Assembly (NCBI GenBank): GCA_965233195.1
Contig: CBDDSB010000013.1
Location: forward strand, 2,964 to 66,963
Length of the DNA stretch: 64,000 nucleotides
Origin: an uncultured bacterium
Lineage (GTDB): Bacteria > Pseudomonadota > Gammaproteobacteria > Burkholderiales > SG8-39
Direction of reading: 5' to 3'
The notes below the pieces were generated by a model. That model saw only the letters and a list, made by a program, of their open reading frames with translations. It searched no databases and was not told the origin of the DNA. The translations under genes and the position numbers were made by a program. Of this stretch, positions 57,670-64,000 are shown in pieces. The first letter of the stretch is position 1; each line of letters begins with the position of its first letter.

Positions 57670-58952
57670 TGGAAGACGTCCTTGACGAGCAGGTTGGGCA
57701 GCCAGGTGGCGAGCTCGGGGAAGAAGATCACCGCCAGCAGCACGAGGCCGTCGCCGATGAAGAACGGAATCGTCCCCTTGATCACCTCGTGCAGCGAGAT
57801 CTTCGATGTTCCGCTCACGGCGAACAGGTTGAGGCCCACCGGCGGCGTGACCACGCCCATCTCGATGTTCAGCGTGAGCATGATGCCGAGCGCCACCGGA
57901 TCGATCTTCATCGCGTAAGCCACCGGGAAGATCACCGGCACGGTGAGCAGGATCATCGCGACGCCGTCGACGAACATGCCGAGGATCAGCAGTACGCCCA
58001 TGTAGGCGAAGATGAAGCCGAGCGGCGTCAGTCCCCAGCTCACGATGGTGTCGGTGATCTTCTGCGGCCAGTACATGTTGGCGGCGAGAAACTGGAACAC
58101 GCCGACGCTGCCGACGAGGAACAGGATCACGCCCGTGAGGTTCATCGCGCGCATCGCGGTGGGCAGGAGCTGGCGGATGAACTCGCCGCGCCCGACGATC
58201 AGCCCGTACAACATCGCGTAGCCGCACGCCGCCGCGGCCGCCTCGGTCGGCGTGAAGACACCGCCGTACAGCCCGCCGAGGACGACCACCGGCATGCCGA
58301 GCGCCGGCAGCGCGCCTTTCGATTCCCGCAACGCCCGGGCCGCCTCGAACTTGCCGCCGCGCGGCAGCTTGATCCACAGCGCGATGGCCATGATGGTGAG
58401 GATGTTCCCCAGCGCGAGCAGCAGCCCCGGAATCACGCCGGCGAAGAACAGCCTCACCACCGAGGTCTCGGTCACGATGCCGTAGAGCAGCAACGGAATG
58501 CTGGGCGGTATGAGGATCGCGATGCCCCCCGCGGTCGCCACCAGCCCTCCCGAGAGCCAGTCGGGGTAGCCGCGCTTCCTCATCTCCGGGATGGCGATGA
58601 CGGACATGGCCGCCGCCATTGCGACGCTCGAGCCGGAGATGGCGCCGAACAGCACGCACGCGACCACCGTCGCCACGCCGAAGCCGCCGGGCAGGTGGCC
58701 GACGAGCGAATCGGCGAACGCGAAAAGCTGGCGGATGAGGCCGGTCTTCTCCATCAGGAAGCCGGCGAAGATGAAGAGCGGGATCGCGGTGAGCGAGTAG
58801 CGCGCGATGAAGCTGAAGAACTGCCGGAAGATGACCGTGGTCTCGAGCAGCGGGTCGCCGATGATGAACGCTGCCGCGGCCGAGCTCAGCGCGATGCCGA
58901 TCGGCACCGCGAGCAGCAGCAGAACGAAGAGGACGATGCCGACGATCGCCAT
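57666..58952 (-). CDS. dctM: TRAP transporter large permease
   Basis: 428 aa from ATG 58952. 'LTAIPLFIFAGFLMEKTGL', 'GGFGVATVVACVLFGAISGSSVA'. Confidence 0.92.
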   Translation of the reverse strand: MAIVGIVLFVLLLLAVPIGIALSSAAAAFIIGDPLLETTVIFRQFFSFIARYSLTAIPLFIFAGFLMEKTGLIRQLFAFADSLVGHLPGGFGVATVVACVLFGAISGSSVAMAAAMSVIAIPEMRKRGYPDWLSGGLVATAGGIAILIPPSIPLLLYGIVTETSVVRLFFAGVIPGLLLALGNILTIMAIALWIKLPRGGKFEAARALRESKGALPALGMPVVVLGGLYGGVFTPTEAAAAACGYAMLYGLIVGRGEFIRQLLPTAMRAMNLTGVILFLVGSVGVFQFLAANMYWPQKITDTIVSWGLTPLGFIFAYMGVLLILGMFVDGVAMILLTVPVIFPVAYAMKIDPVALGIMLTLNIEMGVVTPPVGLNLFAVSGTSKISLHEVIKGTIPFFIGDGLVLLAVIFFPELATWLPNLLVKDVFQ

Positions 58953-59509
58953 CAGTGGGTCCCGTCGATCTTTTCCACCGGCTCTTCGAGCACCGTGCGT
59001 CCCCGCAATGCCTGGATCTCGCGGTAGATCTGGAACGCCATGGTGATCGCCATGCAGGCGAACGAGAACAGCAGCACCGCGAGGAACGGCCACATCGGGA
59101 AGGCAAGGCTCTCGGTGCGGCTTTCGTACTTGATGCTGTCCTCGACTTCGGGGATTCCCCACCAGACCACCGCGGCCATGAACGCGCACGAAAAGATCAG
59201 GGCAACGAGCTTCACCACCTCGGCGGCGGCGCGCCAGCGCCCGCCGAACACATGGAACAGCTCGGGAATCAGCGTGACGGTGAGATGCGCGTCACGCCGC
59301 TGCGAGATACTGAAGTAGAGGAAAACGCCGCTCAGGATGAAGAAGGTGACCGCGTCCTGCTGCCACTCGAAGGAGTAGCCAAGGACGTAGCGCCGCCCCA
59401 CCTCGAGCAGGGCGAGCAAGGTGGAGCCGACGAAGAGAACCGCCGCGACGGGCGCCAGGATGCGCTCCTGGAACGCCCGCCAGGCGGCGTACGCCTTCTC
59501 GACCGGCAC
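58952..59509 (-). CDS. dctQ: TRAP transporter small permease
   Basis: 185 aa with 4 TM helices, located between the dctP-type and dctM-type genes. GTG start at 59509. Confidence 0.85.
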   Translation of the reverse strand: MPVEKAYAAWRAFQERILAPVAAVLFVGSTLLALLEVGRRYVLGYSFEWQQDAVTFFILSGVFLYFSISQRRDAHLTVTLIPELFHVFGGRWRAAAEVVKLVALIFSCAFMAAVVWWGIPEVEDSIKYESRTESLAFPMWPFLAVLLFSFACMAITMAFQIYREIQALRGRTVLEEPVEKIDGTH

Positions 59510-60615
59510 TACCTAATGACGATCTTGGAGGCGTGCTTCGAGCAGTCGATCTTCTCGATCCACGACGAACCCGGGGGGTTCGCGCGCGACAGCTCCTGGC
59601 CTTCCTTCTTGAAGTTGTCCACCAGCTGCTGGGCCGGCGGCGGCATCTTGCTCTTGATCCAGCGCGAAGGCCCGTCGCCGAGGGCGCCGGTGAGCGCGGT
59701 GACTTCCTGCGGCGTCATCCAGTACACGCCCGGCTTGGACGGGTCCTTGGTGCCGTACTTCTCGTAGGTCAGGCGGTCGACGCACCAGTTGAATTCCTTC
59801 TGCAGCTGGATGGTCTCGGCGACCAGTCCCTCGAGCGCCTTCTGCGTCGCGGGGCTGAGCCGGTCCCACCAGCGGCGGCTGGCGCTCACCATGTAGTAGT
59901 CGCCGGTGAACACGCCGGCGCCGCCGGTCGTGTAGAAGGGAGACTGCTCGCGCACGCCGAGCCAGCCGCCGATGCTCGTCATCAGGCCGTCGATCACGCC
60001 CGACTCGAGCGCGGTCGGCACCTCGCCGAAGGCCATCACCACCGGGTTGGCCTTCCACGCCTCGAGCACCGGGTTCTCGGCCGGGCCCATGCTGCGCACC
60101 TTGCGGCCGTTGAAGTCCTCGGGCTTGAGGTAGCGCTTCTTCGCGCCCACGCCCATGCCGAAGCTCATGTGGCCGGCGCCGAACACCTTGATCGCCTGCT
60201 GCTTCTGCAGCCGGTCGACCAGCGTCTGGTAGGTCTTGGTCTTGTCGAAGTTGTCGACCGCGCCCACCGTGGTGAGGATGCCCGGCCCGACCACCGCCAT
60301 CATGTACGGATCGACCGGCGCCGCCTTGCCCATCTGCATCCAGGTCATCTCGAGGTTGCCCTGGCGCATGGCCTCGAAGGCCTCCGGGATCGTGTACAGC
60401 GCACCGGCGTAGTAGAGGCGCGCCTCGCTGCCCGGGATGACCTGCGGCAGGCGGTCGCCGAAATGCTTCATCGCCATCCCGGCGGGGTGCGGCGGCCCGG
60501 CGAAGTCGGACACGAAGCGCAGAACGACGGGCTTGGTCTGGGCTTGGGCGACAAACGGCGCCGCGCCAAGCGCACAGGCAAGGCCAATCCACAGCATCTG
60601 TTTTGCTTTCATCAC
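59509..60615 (-). CDS. TRAP transporter substrate-binding protein (DctP family)
   Basis: Signal peptide 'MMKAKQMLWIGLACALGAAPFVAQA'. DctP-like fold and operon position. The start is GTG 60615 or ATG 60612, after GGAGGAGG. Confidence 0.88.
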   Translation of the reverse strand: MMKAKQMLWIGLACALGAAPFVAQAQTKPVVLRFVSDFAGPPHPAGMAMKHFGDRLPQVIPGSEARLYYAGALYTIPEAFEAMRQGNLEMTWMQMGKAAPVDPYMMAVVGPGILTTVGAVDNFDKTKTYQTLVDRLQKQQAIKVFGAGHMSFGMGVGAKKRYLKPEDFNGRKVRSMGPAENPVLEAWKANPVVMAFGEVPTALESGVIDGLMTSIGGWLGVREQSPFYTTGGAGVFTGDYYMVSASRRWWDRLSPATQKALEGLVAETIQLQKEFNWCVDRLTYEKYGTKDPSKPGVYWMTPQEVTALTGALGDGPSRWIKSKMPPPAQQLVDNFKKEGQELSRANPPGSSWIEKIDCSKHASKIVIR

Positions 60616-60662
60616 TGATCCTCCTCCAAAGAATCGAGTAGATTCTAGCCGCGAGGAGGCTT

Positions 60663-61184
60663 ATGAAAAACTTAATTCCGCTGGCCGCCGCGGCGCTGCT
60701 CGCCGGGTGTCAATCCATGTCCACCCCCGAGGAGCCGCTGCGCGCCACTGCTGCACTGCAGCCAACCAAGGGCAGCAAGGCTTTTGGGGAGGCCACGTTC
60801 GAGCAGGTTGGCAACAAGGTGCGCGTGATCGTGTTCGCCCAGGGCCTGCAGCCCGAGCGCGAGCACGGCTTCCACATCCACGAGGCCGGCGACTGCAGCT
60901 CCGGCGACGGCATGAGCGCCAAGGGGCACTTCAACCCGCACGGCAAGCCACATGGCGACCCGAAGTCGGCCGAACGCCATGCTGGCGATCTGCCCGCGCT
61001 CAAGGCCGGCAAGGATGGCCGCGCCAGGGTCGACGTGGAAATGGACGTGATCACGCTGACGTCCGGGCCCGCGAACGTCGTCGGCAAAGGGCTCATCATT
61101 CACGCCGATCCCGACGACTACAAAACCCAGCCCACCGGAAATGCCGGCGCGCGCCTCGCCTGCGGCGTGATCAAGTCCGGCTAG
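60663..61184 (+). CDS. sodC: Cu/Zn superoxide dismutase, lipoprotein-type
   Basis: Lipobox 'LLAGC'. 'HGFHIHEAGDCS', 'GHFNPHGKPHG', 'HAGDLPAL', 'LIIHADPDDYKTQPTGNAGARLACGVI'. Confidence 0.93.
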   Translation: MKNLIPLAAAALLAGCQSMSTPEEPLRATAALQPTKGSKAFGEATFEQVGNKVRVIVFAQGLQPEREHGFHIHEAGDCSSGDGMSAKGHFNPHGKPHGDPKSAERHAGDLPALKAGKDGRARVDVEMDVITLTSGPANVVGKGLIIHADPDDYKTQPTGNAGARLACGVIKSG

Positions 61185-62280
61185 GCGCAGGCTCCTCGCC
61201 GAGTCCGCGCCGCACCCACTGCGCGAAGCGGTGGCAGTCGAATTCCTGCGGCACGTAGTGCCCGTGCCGGAATTCGCGCGAGCGCATGCCTTCCTGCTGC
61301 CACTCGCAGTTGCGCGCATCCTGCCGGTTGGTGATGTCCCACAACGCCACGTAGTGCGCGAGGTCGTCCGGCGATAGCGGCAGGTGCCGCGGCTCGAACA
61401 GCCAGTCGTAGACGATGCGCACGCTTTGCGGCCCGGTCGGGAACATGAGGTGCGAGTTCACGTAGTCGGGCTGGATGTTGAGGAAGAGATTCGGCAGGAC
61501 CATCTCGGGCCGATACAGCGTGCGCCGCTCCGCCTCGTCCAGGTCGGCGAAAGGCTCGAGCCGCGCGGTTCCGTCCAACGTGAGCGTGGCCGCGCCCGCC
61601 TGGTACTCGGGACGTTGCGAAGGCTTCAGTCCCCACGCGCCGGCGTCCTGGTAGGCGGTGATCACGCGGCAGAGCTCGGGATGCACCGGGGGGCAGTGGA
61701 AGCACTCCGAGAAGTTCTCCGCCAGCAGCTTCCAGTTGGCCTGCACGTCCGCCACGATGCGCTTGCCGATGCGCAGCTTGTCGAAGCCGTAGCGGCCATA
61801 GCGAGCCGGCGCCTCGAACGCAGGAGGATTCCGCTCGAGGCAGACGAACACGAATCCGCCCCACGTCTTCACCGCCACCTCGTAGAGCGGGAAGCGCTGC
61901 GGGTCGAAGTCCGGCGTTTCCATGCGCCGCGGCGTGGCGATCAACTTGCCGCCAAGATCGTAGGTCCAGGCGTGGTAAGGACAGACGATGCGCTTGCGCG
62001 CGAAGTTGCCCTGCTCCTCGGTGCACAGGATCGATCCGCGGTGGCGGCAGGTGTTGTGGAACGCCTTCACCTGGAGATCCTCGCCGCGCAGCACGATGAG
62101 CGACTGGGTGCCGATGCGCGCCACTCGCCAGTCGCCGGCCGCGGCGATCTCCTCCTCGCGGGCGACCGCTACCCAGCCTGCATACCAGAACGCGTTCAGC
62201 TCCCGTTCGTAGTGCCCCGGGTCGGAATACCAGGCGGCGGGTAGTCCCGCTTCGAGCTGCTCAAGGGCCTTTCTAGACAT
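61171..62280 (-). CDS. Rieske [2Fe-2S] aromatic-ring-hydroxylating oxygenase alpha-subunit-like protein
   Basis: Rieske motif 'CRHRGSILC...CPYHAWTY'. The C-terminal catalytic domain has 'NFSECFHCPPVHPEL'. Confidence 0.85.
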   Translation of the reverse strand: MSRKALEQLEAGLPAAWYSDPGHYERELNAFWYAGWVAVAREEEIAAAGDWRVARIGTQSLIVLRGEDLQVKAFHNTCRHRGSILCTEEQGNFARKRIVCPYHAWTYDLGGKLIATPRRMETPDFDPQRFPLYEVAVKTWGGFVFVCLERNPPAFEAPARYGRYGFDKLRIGKRIVADVQANWKLLAENFSECFHCPPVHPELCRVITAYQDAGAWGLKPSQRPEYQAGAATLTLDGTARLEPFADLDEAERRTLYRPEMVLPNLFLNIQPDYVNSHLMFPTGPQSVRIVYDWLFEPRHLPLSPDDLAHYVALWDITNRQDARNCEWQQEGMRSREFRHGHYVPQEFDCHRFAQWVRRGLGEEPAPSRT

Positions 62281-62289
62281 CGTGCAAGA

Positions 62290-63273
62290 CTACCGCCGAC
62301 GGCGGTGCGAGTCGAAGAAGTCGCATACCAGGGCTGTGGCGTCCGGGTGGCGCTCGTCGGCGTATTCGAACGCGGAATCTCCGCCGCTCCAGGCGTGCCC
62401 CAGGCCCGGCACCGTCAACAGGCGCGCCGCGAGGCGCCGGCCGGCGTAGTACTCGCTCAGGATGTAGCCGAAGCCGCGCGGATGTACCGCGCGAGTCGCG
62501 GTCGGCGGCAGCGCGTTGCCCGGCGGCAGCTCCACCATCCCGTTGAAAAGCAGGAACTGGCGCACGAGGTAATTTCCGTTTGCCGGCGAGACCGTCGGGT
62601 CCTCGGACCCATGGATCACGAGCGCGGGCAGACGCGCATTCGCACCTGCCGTGGCGCGCGCTTCGAGCGCCAGGGCATCGGTGCGCTGATCCAGCGGTCC
62701 CTCGGCCATGACGCGGCCTGCGTCGTGAGTGTCGTACGCCGCGCCGCACGGAATGCCGGAATGGAGCGCCACCGCAGTGAACAGATCCGGCATGCGCAGC
62801 GCGAGCGTCGCCGCGAGGCCGGCGCCTGAGGAAAGGCCGGCAAGGTACACGCGTGCCGGATCGACGCCGAATTTCTCGATCACCTCGGTGGTTTGCGCGG
62901 CGACGATGGCCGCCTCGCCCAGGCCGCGCGCGGTGCGCCGGTCGAACCAGTTCCAACAGCGCTCCGAGTTCGCCATGCGGGTCTGGCGCGGCAGCAGCAC
63001 TAGGAAGCCGCGCTCGTCGGCGTAGCGTGCGATGCGCGTGGCGCCGGCGAACGCCTCCGGCTCCTGGCGGCAGCCATGGATCCAGACCACCAGGGCAGGG
63101 CGCTCGATCGTTTCGAAGTTGCGCGGAAGGTAGAGGAGGTATTCGCGCCACGGCGGCGCCATGGCCACGCTCAACATGCCGTGCAGGCTGGACTTGCGGC
63201 CGAGCGAGAACCGTCCGGGCGCGGGCGGCCTGCGCCGCAGCAACGCGCTGAGCCGTGCGAAGATTTTTTTCAC
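62290..63273 (-). CDS. PHB-depolymerase-family esterase (alpha/beta hydrolase)
   Basis: GTG 63273 overlaps the upstream stop (GTGA). 'LVVWIHGCRQ', 'CWNWF', nucleophile elbow 'GLSSGAG', 'LVIHGSEDPTV'. Confidence 0.78.
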   Translation of the reverse strand: MKKIFARLSALLRRRPPAPGRFSLGRKSSLHGMLSVAMAPPWREYLLYLPRNFETIERPALVVWIHGCRQEPEAFAGATRIARYADERGFLVLLPRQTRMANSERCWNWFDRRTARGLGEAAIVAAQTTEVIEKFGVDPARVYLAGLSSGAGLAATLALRMPDLFTAVALHSGIPCGAAYDTHDAGRVMAEGPLDQRTDALALEARATAGANARLPALVIHGSEDPTVSPANGNYLVRQFLLFNGMVELPPGNALPPTATRAVHPRGFGYILSEYYAGRRLAARLLTVPGLGHAWSGGDSAFEYADERHPDATALVCDFFDSHRRRR

Positions 63274-63923
63274 CGCAGCGACAGGCTGCGCCAGCCGCGC
63301 TCGGTGGCCGCTTTTTGCAGACGAGAATCGGGATCGACCGCGACGGGATGCGTCACGCGCTCCAGCAGCGGCAGGTCGTTCACCGAATCGCTGTAGAACC
63401 AGCTTTGCGGGAAGTCGCGCAGCGACTGACCGCGCGCCGCGAGCCACTTGTTCAGATGCTCGACCTTCCCCTCGCGCATGCACGGCGCGCCGACGATGTC
63501 GCCGGTAAAGCGGCCGTCGACGATCTGCGGCTCGGTGGCCATCAGGTGCTCGATGCCGAACGCTGCGGCGATCGGCTCGGTGAGGAAGCGATTAGTGGCC
63601 GTGATGATCGCCACCAGGTGCTGCTTCTGTTCCTGAATCAGTTTGCGCGCAGCCCCGAGCATCCGCGGCTCGATGCGTTCCTTCATGAAGCGGGCTCGAA
63701 AAGCCAGGAGCGCCCCCATGTCATGCGGTGGGTAGAAACGCAGATAGAACCGCACGTAGTCGAGCGCGTTGGCGTGGCCCGAGCGGTAGCGCCGGTCCAT
63801 CTCGAGGTTGTCCTGCTGCGCGGACGGCGGGACGCTGCCCTGCTCGATCAGGAAGTCCAGCCACTCGACATCGGTGTCGCCGCTAAGAAGCGTGTTGTCG
63901 AGATCGAACAGGACCAGATTCAT
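63270..63923 (-). CDS. HAD-IB family hydrolase (SerB-like)
   Basis: 'LVLFDLDNTLL' (DxD motif I), 'IITATNRF', 'FYSDSVNDLPLL'. Confidence 0.85.
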   Translation of the reverse strand: MNLVLFDLDNTLLSGDTDVEWLDFLIEQGSVPPSAQQDNLEMDRRYRSGHANALDYVRFYLRFYPPHDMGALLAFRARFMKERIEPRMLGAARKLIQEQKQHLVAIITATNRFLTEPIAAAFGIEHLMATEPQIVDGRFTGDIVGAPCMREGKVEHLNKWLAARGQSLRDFPQSWFYSDSVNDLPLLERVTHPVAVDPDSRLQKAATERGWRSLSLR

Positions 63924-64000
63924 GGAGCCGGATGTTCTGCTCGGCGACGGTGTCGGCGATGGCGTGGATCGCGGCGCGCACGACGTGCTCGTCGATCGCG
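63883..64000 (-). CDS. 3' end of an unidentified CDS running off the window
   Basis: The reverse-strand frame reads '...AIDEHVVRAAIHAIADTVAEQNIRLHESG...' with near-100% GC3 until it overlaps the HAD start. It is too short to name. Confidence 0.3.
   Translation of the reverse strand, partial: AIDEHVVRAAIHAIADTVAEQNIRLHESGPVRSRQHAS

Overview
High-GC (roughly 65-75% in coding lines), very tightly packed chromosomal window that looks betaproteobacterial and sulfur-oxidiser-like; that assignment is inferred from gene content only. I found no rRNA, tRNA, CRISPR array, transposase or integrase.

Layout:
- 1-8.7 kb: a second-messenger island. It holds an FHA protein, a CHASE2 class III cyclase, a class II cNMP phosphodiesterase, a cNMP-binding/rhodanese fusion, a GAF-fused GspE/PilB-type ATPase and a GAF-HD-GYP protein.
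- 8.6-12.6 kb: two convergent TPR/GT41 (OGT-like) glycosyltransferases.
- 13.1-13.7 kb: a sigma54-type promoter, a type IV pilin gene (pilA) and its terminator.
- 13.7-30.2 kb: two convergent glycosylation-type modules. They contain GT2, a GT2-GtrA fusion, DUF2723/GT-C-like polytopic proteins, SAM methyltransferases, GT4, galE, and two unusual membrane-embedded spermidine-synthase-like paralogs.
- 23.0-37.9 kb: the minus-strand module is the tail of an uninterrupted 15-gene, 14.9-kb array: moaC-soxYZAXB, a MacAB-like exporter, then the glycosylation genes.
- 37.9-55.5 kb: housekeeping genes. These are bepA-like, ChrB-like, tusA, valS, holC, pepA, lptFG, an ECF sigma/DUF3619/DUF3106/RDD set, and ilvIHC-psd-pssA.
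- 55.5-56.7 kb: a lower-GC islet with short repeats, a small HTH-like ORF and a degenerate receiver protein.
- 56.8-64.0 kb: DUF3750, a TRAP transporter, sodC, a Rieske oxygenase, an esterase and a HAD hydrolase.

Most interesting:
- the pilin-linked GT-C/polyprenol-phosphate glycosylation supercluster with the SpeE-like membrane proteins;
- its physical coupling to the sox genes;
- the GAF-gated secretion-type ATPase inside a cNMP/c-di-GMP island;
- apparent non-canonical start codons (ATT for soxB, CTG for the ECF sigma factor).
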